A stretch of DNA of 63,785 nt, counting the filler, from Basidiobolus ranarum (taxonomy: Eukaryota), in NCBI GenBank assembly GCA_040143965.1. It is 11 parts of 11 records of this genome, joined end to end, with 100 filler letters (N's around TTAATTAATTAA, not from the genome) between each part and the next. Parts side by side here need not be neighbours in the genome. Positions count along the whole stretch, not along the records: positions 1 to 5,732 come from JASJQH010001515.1; positions 5,833 to 11,561 come from JASJQH010001516.1; positions 11,662 to 17,387 come from JASJQH010001517.1; 8 more parts are not named here. One strand, given 5' to 3'. The notes below the pieces were generated by a model. That model saw only the letters and a program-made list of their open reading frames with translations. It ran no database searches and was not told the origin of the DNA. Shown piece by piece: positions 1-12,080 of the stretch (within the stretch, counting starts at the first letter, position 1; every line of letters starts with the position of its first letter). Made by a program: the position numbers and the translations under genes.

Positions 1-366
1 GCTTACGACGGGTTCCTTGTAGTTAATGGTGGTAACTGCGGCAGGGGATACATTGCTATCACCATTGATGATAGCTGCTTGATTTGGTACGGCTGTCCAT
101 TTCAGAAACTGAGCATCCAGTTCGGAGGATAGACTTGCGGAGAACCACGGAGGATAGCAAACAGGGGCACCACCGTAGCCCGTTGCTGGCTCAAGTGCCT
201 CTCCGGAATCAATGCAAGGAGTGTCAGCCGGGTACTCTTGAACAATTGGGACTGAAGTAAGAGGAGGAAGCTTTCCTGTAATACCCAGGTTAATAGCAAC
301 AGGCTTAGCTATGGCAGAAGCAGATAACACGGCAGAAGCAACCAAGCAAGTCCAGGGAAGATGCAT
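1..366 (-). CDS. Secreted hypothetical protein, N-terminal 122 aa (runs off the window start)
   Basis: Manual translation from ATG at 366: MHLPWTCLVASAVLSASAIAKPVAINLGITGKLPP...NYKEPVVS with no stop. Signal-peptide-like N-terminus; TATATA about 50 bp upstream. Absent from the ORF track because it lacks a stop. Confidence 0.7.
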   Translation of the reverse strand, partial: MHLPWTCLVASAVLSASAIAKPVAINLGITGKLPPLTSVPIVQEYPADTPCIDSGEALEPATGYGGAPVCYPPWFSASLSSELDAQFLKWTAVPNQAAIINGDSNVSPAAVTTINYKEPVVS

Positions 367-686
367 ATTTAGTTTGTAATTTTTCACAATGCTTGAATAC
401 TGTTTGAGATAGCCTATATATACTCCCCCGAACATACCCATACCACCGTACCTGTTGGAGAAGATTCCACTCTTCCTATCCGTGTCATAATGGATCTCAA
501 GACCGTTCAAGTCAAAAGAATCTTCTATCAGCCGTAAAACCAAGGATCATATTCCCTCACTTCTTCAAATCTCTAAATAAGGATTCTTAGGCTTTTCAGC
601 CAGATTATAAATGTAGTAATCAGTGGAGAAAAATGGATTTTTTTACCAGCAGGGATATTGAGGGATATTGATCGATCGAAGATTCC

Positions 687-829
687 AATTCTCACAATAT
701 TGGAGGTAACAAAAGAGGCCTTATCTGTTGAGAATTTTCACAATATTGGAGGCAACAAAAGAGCCCTTATCCGTTGAGAATTCTCACAATATTGGAGGCA
801 ACAAAAGAGGCCTTATCTGTTGATAATTC
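687..829. repeat. 46-bp tandem repeat x3
   Basis: AATTCTCACAATATTGGAGGYAACAAAAGAGGCCTTATCTGTTGAG starting at 687, 733 and 779 with few substitutions. Confidence 0.95.
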
Positions 830-861
830 CCAAGCATTGGGCTACACTTCGGACAGGTATA

Positions 862-916
862 TCTATGTTCATCCTTCTATGTTCATCCTTCTATGTTCAT
901 CCTTCTATGTTCATCC
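862..916. repeat. 14-bp tandem repeat x4
   Basis: TCTATGTTCATCCT repeated head to tail. Confidence 0.95.
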
Positions 917-1296
917 CTGAATCAACGGAAGTAGAACTGAAGATATCTGTTTGCTATTCATTTTGAGCTAATCTTTCCGCTAATTTGGCGAGGTGATCGT
1001 GGAAACCCCAGCTTTTCTCTGATTGGTTGCAAGCAAAAAGCGTATGGACTTATTAGCCGTCTATAAACAACTACTGCGTCATCACTTAAATACTAAATCC
1101 ACTAGATTTCACATTATGGCTCACCATGTCATAATAACCTGTATGCTTAACCACATTTTCTACCTCTATCGTGGTTGATTAACCAAAGAGCAAGAAATGC
1201 TAATGACCAAGTAGGCCAGGTATATCGCTCTATTTAGTGTCTTCCACCAAGCTACAGGATCACGTAGGCTATATATGTTTTCTTTAGCCATGCATA

Positions 1297-1520
1297 AACT
1301 GTAGTAAACAAAAATAAGTACCAATTGGCACCCAATAAGAACTGTAGTAAATATAAGACAATGAAACAGACCCTATCAGTGTATCATAGTTCATACTTGT
1401 ATGAATTCTTTGATCGAGGAACCAAGTGTCACCCAATAAGAACTGGAGTAAACAAAGATAAAGTGTAACATGAAACAGACCCAATCAGTTATCACTATAT
1501 CATAGTTCATAGTTCTATGG
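1297..1520. repeat. Degenerate ~100-bp direct repeat
   Basis: CACCCAATAAGAACTG-AGTAAA...ATGAAACAGACCC-ATCAGT...TATCATAGTTCATA occurs near 1329 and 1429. Confidence 0.75.
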
Positions 1521-2001
1521 ACGTAAGTGCATGAAAAGTGATTATTGAGTGGTTACGGGTAAGACTTGGTCAAGAGTTATGATTACTAGAAGAACCTTTC
1601 GTAAGTAGTATAATTGCCAGAGTATTGGCGTAATTGTCGTCGTAGTATGGATGGAAATGTTAATGCGGAAATCAGGTTCTTGTGTTATCGTCGGAGTATA
1701 TGAGATATTACAGTAAATTGGCAAAAGTAGTCACTTGTATGGTCTAGGTACAAGTGGAGGTAAAGTAGAAGCTGAGGTAGCTGTGAAAATATACTACTGT
1801 TACAACCATATTGTTACTCTAATCGTTGCAACACCAAGATGTTTCAACCAACCATATCTGCCAAGAGTTGTGTCAAGTTCTATTGCTCACGCATAAGTAA
1901 TTATATATATTCTTATAGAATGCAATGTTTCGTGTCTATGTGGTAACAAATCTCAAATGGTAGTAAGTTGTATTCATCATTCATACGAAGCTATACCACA
2001 A

Positions 2002-2057
2002 CCAGCCATCTGAACCCAGCCATCTGAACCCAGCCATCTGAACCCAGCCATCTGAAC
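2002..2057. repeat. 14-bp tandem repeat x4
   Basis: CCAGCCATCTGAAC x4, perfect. Confidence 0.95.
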
Positions 2058-2174
2058 CATTAGAGATCAATACTTCTCAAATAGGTAAGAATCTTACCAA
2101 CATCACACGCTGATAACGTAGGTGCATAACTAACCTTATCTTGTAATTAATAAGTTTTTAGCATATTTTACAAC

Positions 2175-3385
2175 ATGTTTCAATCAATCCACAACATGAA
2201 TTTACTACAAGCCAAGAACTAGTTGTGCTGTATTTTGACAATCATCAGGATACAATCGATCACTATTGGGGATCGTTAGCCGCTGCTTTTCTATCATGTG
2301 TCCTTTTTCTATCTTATGTCCTTGGACCATTGAGTTTTCTACCGTGTATTCTTGGGACATTGAAAGGTGATGACGAGAAAAAGGAAATGGAACTCTCACA
2401 TCTCGATACTCTTTTCAACAAGCCCATCTTTCTTTGCCGCCAGAACAAATGCCATGAACTCACTTCTTTGGCTCCAAATTTGAGTGTTCAACCGGTTGAC
2501 AGTTTCAAGAGAGCCTTGATGCTAATACTGATTTTACTGAACTCGAATCACCGAATTTCAGCAGTCACAACATCCCAAACGAAGTGGCTATTCTGCTACT
2601 CATCTCTGGCTCTACAGGAAATTCAAAAGCAGTCGAGCATACTAATGCAAATGCGCTTATTGCAGCCAAGTCCAAAGTTGACGATTATCAGCTGGAATCC
2701 ACAGACACCATATTGAATTGGGTCGGATGCGACCATGCGGCTGGGCTAATTGAGAATCACATCACACCCATTGTAGCAGGAGCAAATCAAGTTCAAGTAG
2801 CGGCATCAGTGGTCACCTTGGAGCCATTGACACTTTTAGACATTGCTGAAGTATTCGAAGTAGGCTATACTTTTGCTCCCAACTTTTTATTAGCCAACAT
2901 CGAGAAAGATCTTAGAACTAAGCTTCAGGCGACTTCACAAGCACCACTCTACAATTTATCCAAGCTTAAGCGCATCAACTCTGGAGGAGAGGCCAATTTG
3001 GTAGATTTGGAGAATCAACACTTACTCACATTGAAAGAAGTAAATCATAGCGCCGGGATTTGGAATGACAGAGACTTTGGCTGGCTATGCTTATAACAAA
3101 AAGCTTCCATTTAGTGATACTGGGAAGGAATTTAGTACGTTAGGGCATCCTTCTAGCAAAGTGTACTTGCCAATCGTCGATGATGATGACCAAATATTCC
3201 CAGCTGGCTCGTGCTATAATCTGCCCTCAGCTATTCTAGAGCTACTACAACAATCCTGAGGGTAATGAATTTAGAACAGGGGATTCAGCCAATCTGGCCA
3301 ATGGGGTCTTAGAACTTGTTGGAAGAACCAAGGATAGTATTATTCTCCGTGGTGTGAACTATTCCAGCAATTAACTTGAGACTGC
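2175..3385 (+). pseudogene. NRPS-like adenylation domain (A-T-TE quinone/furanone synthetase type), frameshifted and truncated
   Basis: Motifs spread over several frames: LYFDNHQDTIDHYW, LISGSTGNSKAV (A3), LNWVGCDH (A4), YTFAPNFLL, RINSGGEAN, GMTETLAG (A5), FRTGD (A7), GRTKDSIILRGVNY (A8) then stop. Confidence 0.8.
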
Positions 3386-3389
3386 ATTA

Positions 3390-3629
3390 CAAAATATTTT
3401 TACCAACCTAGAAGTTCTCAGTTATATAGGCTTTTCAAACTTGTACTAGAAGCCTCAAGCTTTGCACACATGTTTCTGGGACCTTCCTTAACACATTCTA
3501 CATGTTGGTTTGTTTACCTCTTGACAGAACTATAAATGTCAACTGAATACTCAATAAATCACAAGTAAAAATCACCAATTTCTCTAGTCCTTCAAACCAC
3601 TTCCAACAGCACCCCAAAATACTTTAACA
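3390..3629 (+). mobile_element. Dispersed LTR-like repeat, family A (partial)
   Basis: Reverse complement of 28021-28260 and 27697-27925; ends ...ACTTTAACA; CpG-free. Confidence 0.7.
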
Positions 3630-5732
3630 TACATGTCTCTTTTCTTGTGCTATAAGATCAATTTCAAAGATTGTTCATTAGAAATTTGGACAAGTCCAAG
3701 TGTTCTTTGGCAAGTGACTTATGGTGACCAGTGAGTGAAAAGAGTTCACATAGTATAACTGCCCTAAATCACTATCTCCCTTTGTAAACGGGGGGAGGGA
3801 ATTATGTCCCCGGATCCTATGTTTTTATCCCAACTCATCTCTAGCCAATTCAAGAACTGTTATATCTTAGGTACACTAAATGATTTCAGTCACAAGTGTA
3901 CCTTTTACAAACATTGATGATTCAGATACAATAGCACCTTCGCAATACTCAATTTCCATTTAAATAAAAAGTTGTGTTATTCGCATTTTATGTTTGCTGC
4001 TTTTGGAGTTCGACCTCCCATTGCATTTGCACTCCAATATATTTCCCATTGTGTTTGCCCTCCAAGGTATTTCAGTACGGCCTAGATTCTAGACTAGATT
4101 CTTATGCCCATGTTTAGTTAATCTTGAGTCAAATGCAAGTGATACGTACTTTTTTGCCAATGGAACCGATGATTAGGAACGTAAGAATTACTCGGCTCTC
4201 AATATGGTTCTGACTATTACTAGGGATCCAGACTCTTTCCAGGAACGGATCAATTCAGCACAATTCAGCCGAATGATTATTTAAGCTTCACCGTTAGAAC
4301 AACACGTCTTGCATCAATATGGAAATCCTTTCCTCTGATTAGGAACTAAAACAAATCATCTTGGCCAAATCTTAGGGTTAGCATGGATTATTCCTTAGTA
4401 TTAAAATGGAAATCAATATTTCCAACTCAGAATGTCATTAAGCAATATCAGTCACTGAGTGACGTATATCACATATCCGAATGTGTTTGTTATTATATCT
4501 CTCATTCATGATTAGATTAGTGCACTGCTTTTCAAATCAACCACTCATGCATAGCTTCCCTGTTTCGTCGAGTTGAAAAATAGCTCGTGCCTAGCTTCCC
4601 TGGCCATTTATATTATGCCTCTATTCACCATAGAATTTGCTTAGGGTACACTCGCGATTTGCTTCATTTGCTTACATTATTTGCCCACAGTGATCGTGTA
4701 TTCTAGTATGTTTGCTTATAGTAATAGCCATTTCATCAAGTTGAGAAATTGCTGTAATCCTTGCAGAAGTCTTCCAATAGGTTTTTAGCGTTTTAATAGC
4801 TCTATTATGCTCCAAAAACAACTTACTCTTTAAGCAATTCCCGCGATATCAGAAGGTGAAGTTCTCCCTTCACACTTTGTTATTAGTGTTGTATGTACCA
4901 AGGGCTATTCTGGCAAAAAAATTCATTTTGCTCCTAATGATTATATGCTGTTACTTTGACTTGATAAATCAGTTAAACTTTGTAGCATAGTTTGGGAAAG
5001 TGGGGTTGAGAGATGAAGCGCTCTACTTTGCATTAAATGCTTTGAATTTTCCAACCACTGGAATAATGCATTTGTCACGAACAAATATATCACTATATTA
5101 TATTGGTGCAGGAATACCAAACTATACTACAACTGAATTGGGATTTATATCTTGCAGTTACAGTTATAATCATTGAAAGTGACAGATACCAGTGAGCAAG
5201 CCTGCTTTCAAGATATATTCTATTGTTCTCAGATAGAATGTTGCCATACAATATAATCCAATTTCTCTGACATATAAACTGTACAACTGAGAGTAAGCCA
5301 CACAAACTTTTAGCCTGATCTTTGGAACAATGAATCCATCACACAACTTGTGCTTAATTCCAACTCAAGAATTCTATATATCAAAACAAGAACCTGAAGG
5401 GCATAGAGGTATTCACAAGATAATATGGTTTCACCAGTAAATGTACTGGACTTGTTTCCTTGGATAGTGCCAACAGTACTGGATGATGTCGTATTATAAA
5501 GATTGGGACAATTACAGTGCACATGACTTACTTACAAAGAGACTTTGGGAAAAGGGTGCCAATACAACAGTAAATGTCTGCTGCATTTACCTCTATGCTT
5601 TAACTCTCCATGGTAAGCTTTTCACACATAACCATCATTGATCTGAGGTGGAACTATCCAGCACTATTCGGCACTATTCAAGTGGACAGGATGATGGAGC
5701 GGAAAAATATAAATTTATGAATTGAATATTAC

Positions 5733-5832
5733 NNNNNNNNNNNNNNNNNNNNNNNNNNNNNNNNNNNNNNNNNNNNTTAATTAATTAANNNNNNNNNNNN
5801 NNNNNNNNNNNNNNNNNNNNNNNNNNNNNNNN
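5733..5832. other. Artificial contig spacer (44N-TTAATTAATTAA-44N); also at 11562, 17388, 23203, 29013, 34819, 40618, 46414, 52208, 57999
   Basis: Ten identical 100-bp spacers with stops in all six frames; flanking segments are size-sorted. Confidence 0.98.
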
Positions 5833-8151
5833 AAGGATAGAAACGACTACGCAATACTCATTGGACGTCTCCAGAACCTTGAAAAATCGATCAATCTACT
5901 CTCTGCTCGACATAAAAGATTAGAAGAGATCGAGAAGAATAATACGGAACGCGTTGTAGAGCAGATCACCGATTCAACTCGATATCTTGATGGGAAACTT
6001 GGCAAATTGGCTGCTTTAATCGATCAAGTTCGTAACGAGCAACAGCAGATGCTTGAGATCGTCAAAAACACTGACGCGATATCTAGAGAGATTTTCGTCA
6101 GAGTGGATAAAGTTGATCGAGATATAAAAAATCTCGATGACGTGATAAGGCAGCTTGCACAAGAACAACACGAGGTCAACGTTAAAGTTTCTAAACTTCT
6201 CAACTTGCCTCAAGACGTGGAGGAAGTTAAGCAGCGCTTGGTGTCTCTCAGCAACCTCACGAACAAACTCATAAATCAACAATTTCAACTTTATGAGGTT
6301 ACCGTGAAAGGAATTCAGCAGACAAATAAAAACCCTGCGCCAAATAGAGGATACGATCAAAATCTTCGCAATCGCCTTTCAGAGTTATTCCAGCTGATGC
6401 AGCAACTTACCATACAGCAAAGTAGCTTGATGAAAGTTGAGAACAAAAACTCACGAAATCACTCTCAAGAAATCGCTTCTTTGGCCTCTAAAGTTTACAA
6501 GGTTGAACAGACGATCACGCGTTTGTTGCAAGAGCAACAGGTACTTCTTGGAACGACCTACAGGAACAATATGGGCGGCTTCAGAAACCTAGATAACAAA
6601 TTCAACCTGCTAAATGAAGCAGTGAAGCAACTTGTAAATCAGCAGCAGAAAATAATGAAACTGGCGGGCTTGGGTCGTCTGGTGATGGAGCAGTCCAAAG
6701 ATATTCGTGGTGTAAAAGACAATTTGGCAACATTGGCAGATGTTGTTAATCAATTAGTCAATCAGCAAAGAGACCTGTTAGTACGCACCAAGTATGAGAA
6801 AGAGTACATTACCAATGATGATTTGGATAAGAAATTTAACGAATTGAAGGATACTGTCCTCAACATCGTTATGCAGCAACGGATTATAGTGGAGCGAAAT
6901 GTCAAGCAACGTGAGCGTAATGGCTACTCCCAACCCAATGGGGGTGATGAAACTATTTCCTTGAAGCTGGAGGATCGCGTTGGACAGTTGACTGATCTCA
7001 TGAGACAGTTGATTCTACAACAAAAAGAGACGATTTTACATATATCTAGAAAAGATTCTACTAACTATGGTGATATAGTCGGTAAAATCAATTCGAGGAT
7101 CCTGCGGCTAAACGAATTAACGAAGGAACTCTTCGTTGAGCAAACTTCCGTGATCCAGCGCGGACTCAACTCTCTGTCTAAGCAGCAATCTACTGGCTTC
7201 CGTAAACTGGATATCCGACTGGATAACCTTGGAGGTGCTCTCAAAAAACTCTCTAATCGAGACAATGGGGCTTTGGACCGTCGAATTCAAGCACTATCTC
7301 AGCAGCAGTCCAATGATACTAATAAGCTGAACATCCGGCTAAGCCAGATCAGTAAGATGCTTGAGCGTGTTGTTAATCGACCCAGCACTGAAGATAATAA
7401 AGGTCTGGGTGAAATTCGCACCAAGTTAAATCGATTAGAAGGTGCCATCACTCGTATACTTGGAAAACTAGATAAAGGCGGTAATCTGCATCTATCACAA
7501 GAACAGATTGAAGAATTGAAACGCGTCAGTTTGCGTCTGCCCGATCTTAATCAGTCTGTAGAAAAATTGGCTTTGGTTGAGGAGGTAGAGGATCCGGTAT
7601 ACATCCAGGAATTGGTTGATGTTGAACAGTCCTTGGATGAATACGGAAAATCCGTTGTTGGTATTAGTGGATCATTAGGAAAGCTTAATTCGAATTCGGT
7701 GGAAAAAAATATCGAAGAGTTGGATGTCCTTGATATTAATGCTGATAGCTTCTTTGGTGATGATAACTTTGACATAAACGAGAACGGAAATGACATACTT
7801 CGCGCTGATTCCTCTGCATTTGGAGGCGGCACTATCATTACACGACGCAGGATTGGAATCCGTAGAAACGGCAATAAACAGAGGAGCCGAACGAATTCGC
7901 AGTCGAATGTTATCTATGCTGGAGGTGGTGGATCTTCGAGAAAGGCCATCAATAGACAGTTAGCAAGCTATGGTAGAACCATGAAAGCACCTCTCAAACC
8001 GATAGGTATTAGTGATTCTACTGCCTATGATAGTCCTATAAATTTCCAGAAATCTCAAGGTCCAAGCGCCCTTCATGAAGGTTACGAATACCGTCAAGGC
8101 TATTGGTATCCCAAAAACGATCAATTTGAAGAAGTCACGGAAACGCAGTGA
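5833..8151 (+). CDS. Large coiled-coil repeat protein, 5'-truncated (at least 772 aa), unknown function
   Basis: Frame is open from the first base of the contig (KDRNDYAILIGRLQ...) to TGA at 8151; heptad-rich with a recurring L-x2-K/R-x3-L-x3-V-x-QL-x2-QQ unit. Confidence 0.85.
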   Translation, partial: KDRNDYAILIGRLQNLEKSINLLSARHKRLEEIEKNNTERVVEQITDSTRYLDGKLGKLAALIDQVRNEQQQMLEIVKNTDAISREIFVRVDKVDRDIKNLDDVIRQLAQEQHEVNVKVSKLLNLPQDVEEVKQRLVSLSNLTNKLINQQFQLYEVTVKGIQQTNKNPAPNRGYDQNLRNRLSELFQLMQQLTIQQSSLMKVENKNSRNHSQEIASLASKVYKVEQTITRLLQEQQVLLGTTYRNNMGGFRNLDNKFNLLNEAVKQLVNQQQKIMKLAGLGRLVMEQSKDIRGVKDNLATLADVVNQLVNQQRDLLVRTKYEKEYITNDDLDKKFNELKDTVLNIVMQQRIIVERNVKQRERNGYSQPNGGDETISLKLEDRVGQLTDLMRQLILQQKETILHISRKDSTNYGDIVGKINSRILRLNELTKELFVEQTSVIQRGLNSLSKQQSTGFRKLDIRLDNLGGALKKLSNRDNGALDRRIQALSQQQSNDTNKLNIRLSQISKMLERVVNRPSTEDNKGLGEIRTKLNRLEGAITRILGKLDKGGNLHLSQEQIEELKRVSLRLPDLNQSVEKLALVEEVEDPVYIQELVDVEQSLDEYGKSVVGISGSLGKLNSNSVEKNIEELDVLDINADSFFGDDNFDINENGNDILRADSSAFGGGTIITRRRIGIRRNGNKQRSRTNSQSNVIYAGGGGSSRKAINRQLASYGRTMKAPLKPIGISDSTAYDSPINFQKSQGPSALHEGYEYRQGYWYPKNDQFEEVTETQ

Positions 8152-9152
8152 TTATAGTTTTGAGAAGTGAATGTAATGCTAACATCAAGTAACTTGTATC
8201 CCAATCATTATGTATGCTCTTGGAGAAAAAACATAATAAAATGATTCTCTCACTTTACATATCTCATTTTCTAATGTGAATGTTGTTGTTTATACCCTTA
8301 CTGCATTTTATTCTCGATTAACACATTTCTTATCAGCAACTATCTTCAAGATCACCACGTTCTAATCGCGAAGGCGTTGGTAGATAGTTTTTACAGCTAA
8401 AAAAGGCCAATATGTTAGACGAAGTGTTTACCATTACTGATTAACTTGTTAAACATGCAAAGCCAGCAAGCCATCTCGAGATCATAAATAAAACCCGTCT
8501 TCCTTCTTTCACCTCGTTATTGATAGTTGGGATAACTTTAGAAGATATGTTTATGCATACATACTCCAGTATCCATGAGTTTCAATTTCAATGATTTGAT
8601 GTTGCTAAAATTATCTCAAAGTGATCAGTAGTGTACAAACACTTGATCGACTGCTACAACCTCAAGATGAATTAGTATTGAATTGAAGCTCTTTTATATT
8701 AAAGATCCCAGTTTTGTGTAAATTATATAAGAGACCGAGTAAAGAAATGAACATAATGACGCATTTGAACGTTTATCACGAAGTATTATGGAAAAGTATC
8801 AATGAGGCTACTACAACTTTACACTCATCAATGGCTTGTATTTTTTTTGACAAGGGCGCAGAAAGCAGGAAGAAATACTAATTTAATGGCCAAGATACAT
8901 ACAACCAAGTAAATATATCCTATATAGACTTAAGCGACAATCTATAATTATAAGGACAGGGAGCAAGAAAGGAATTTCTAATCAATGATTTTCCTAGGTG
9001 GCTATCGTTTGTTCCATTTTCTATTTTATCAAATTAAACTGGTATTCGTTGATTTACTAATAATTGGAAAAATCGACTTCTTGAGCAGCTTGTTGTATAT
9101 ATTGAGCTTTTTTACCAGTAAGACATAGAAGAAATACAACTACTCTGAAAGC

Positions 9153-9920
<768 letters not shown>

Positions 9921-10503
9921 ATTGGCAACTGTATCTATTTTCTGGACTGCACTCTAAAACATCCGTTTCATTTACTCACATATGTGTTCAACTCTACATT
10001 TCTTTGCTCTCTTTCAACCAAATAAATAGGGAATGTATCATTGTAATAGTCACGTATGAACTAGTATCGATGTGATTGTTTTCATATTCAACACTTCAGT
10101 CAGAACATTGACCAAGTACAGGGATGATTTACTTATCTATCCTGCGATGCTGTCTGCAGAAGCCAGCTATGTTTTTAAAAATCATTTGACGAACTGAAAG
10201 CATACTAAGCTGAATATTATTAGAAACAATGAACTGGGGTGGTAAAGTGACTTCTATTTACTTCGAACTTGTTTTTGAATACTTCGGCAAATAAGACCAA
10301 CTAAGTCATGCCTATTGCCCTTTTTTGATCAACATAAGAATAGATTTAAAAAAACAGGATTAAGCGGACGTAAAGTTACTATTGACAGCAGCTAATAAAA
10401 TTTCCACATATCATTTCAATTGCGGAGCTAGAAAGATGGAAGTGGGTTTATGATCGCAGGGCAAATGGGTAGAGAACAATCGGCAGGAAAATTTAAATTT
10501 GTC

Positions 10504-11561
10504 TTAGAAATCAAGAAACAAATGTTGATAATGATCGTCTGTTACTAAACCGTAAACTTCTACAGATTCTTGATACACATCAAAGTTACTGGTGTCTCCT
10601 TCTCCAGATACAATAGGAATGATTGGTGGTTGAACGTCCAGTCGAGACATTTTACCCCAATCAATATCAGCAAACCATGGATGTCGCTTGATATCCCACA
10701 CACCGTTCTTCAAGTTTCCAAAGCGTTTGGTCAGATCTGGCGTTGTTAGTCGCTTGATTAAGTCCCGCGCAGTTAAGTCAATATGTGGTGTCCATCTGAA
10801 TTTTCCGGCAAGAATTTTTTCGTAAAGTTTGAAATGATCGTCATCATAGAATGGTGGGAACCCTGCGAGTAGTTCAAATATAAGAATACCAAGAGAGTAC
10901 CAATCAACGGCTTTGCTGTAGCCCTTGGATTGAATTATCTCTGGTGCTAAATAATCCGGCGTTCCACACAATGTCCAAGTTATGTCCGGTACATGTTTAG
11001 CGAATCCAAAATCTGTTAACTTTATATGACCTTGAGCGTTAATGAGGATGTTTTCAGGCTTCAAGTCACGATATATAATATCCATAGAATGAAGAAACTC
11101 AAACGCCAGTACTACCTCTGCGGCATAAAATCTAGCCACATAGGCCGGGAACCTCTGTTTCAATTAATTCGTAAGTTAGTCTATGGAATGAGTAGTTACA
11201 ATACAATACTCTAATACACATACCTGAAACTTCCTTATATAGCTAAAAAGTTCTCCACCAGGCACATACTCCATAATCATGTAAATATTAGCAGTATCTT
11301 GAAAAGTACCAAGCATGTTGACAAGAAAAGAGTTGTGGCAAGTATCAAGAACACTGCGCTCATTGTTAACATGCTCAACTTGCTTCAAGCGAACGACCTC
11401 AGTTTTCTTCAATACTTTCATGGCATAGAAACTGTTGTTTGCCTTTAACTGAACAAGGTGAACACGGCCAAAAGAACCGGTCCCAATGGTGCGTAATATG
11501 ATAAAATCAGACAAGCAGAGCGTAGGCTTGTTGGTCGTACAGATCGGCGATGGGGTAGGAA
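10504..11561 (-). CDS. PKA: cAMP-dependent protein kinase catalytic subunit, 5'-truncated, one visible intron (~11157-11224)
   Basis: [52 protein letters not shown]-terminal FLDF. Confidence 0.95.
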
Positions 11562-11661
11562 NNNNNNNNNNNNNNNNNNNNNNNNNNNNNNNNNNNNNNN
11601 NNNNNTTAATTAATTAANNNNNNNNNNNNNNNNNNNNNNNNNNNNNNNNNNNNNNNNNNNN

Positions 11662-12080
11662 TATGCTACTTCACCAATGCAGATTATCTTCCCATATCTG
11701 AGCAAAGAAAATATCTCAAGGAGCTAGGTATTTATATGCCAAGAATTATTAACCTTCAATATATTTCTAGAAGTATATTAGAAGTTATACTTGACAAGGA
11801 TATTGCTGATCTTTTCATAGAAGAAGTCAAGGAATATCTTGAATGGGAGCTCTTTGATCATACTTTCAGACAGCATATTGACAGCCCTCTTTTTGCACCT
11901 TTCTCTTTGGAAAAGGAACTCTTATCAAGATTCACCAGTCTGCTAAAAAACTCTCCCTCTATTCAAGTCACCAATTTCCTAAGAAAGTACTACAGTGAAC
12001 AAGCAGTTGAACTTCATTCCCCACTAGACTTTGACATTCAACATCTGTGGGAAATAGCAAACTCTAAGGTTTTCAACTAA
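11662..12080 (+). mobile_element. Probable transposon-derived ORF fragment (ORF1-like), 5'-truncated
   Basis: Open frame ...RLSSHI/EQRKYLKELGIYMPRIINLQYISRSILEV...; segment is CpG-depleted like the TE nests; no diagnostic domain seen. Confidence 0.3.

Noticed and set aside
687..916. CRISPR-like array
   Set aside because: Units are head-to-tail with no unique spacers, no cas genes, eukaryotic context
4680..5700. Minus-strand coding-like fragments
   Set aside because: Interrupted in all frames and no recognisable domain
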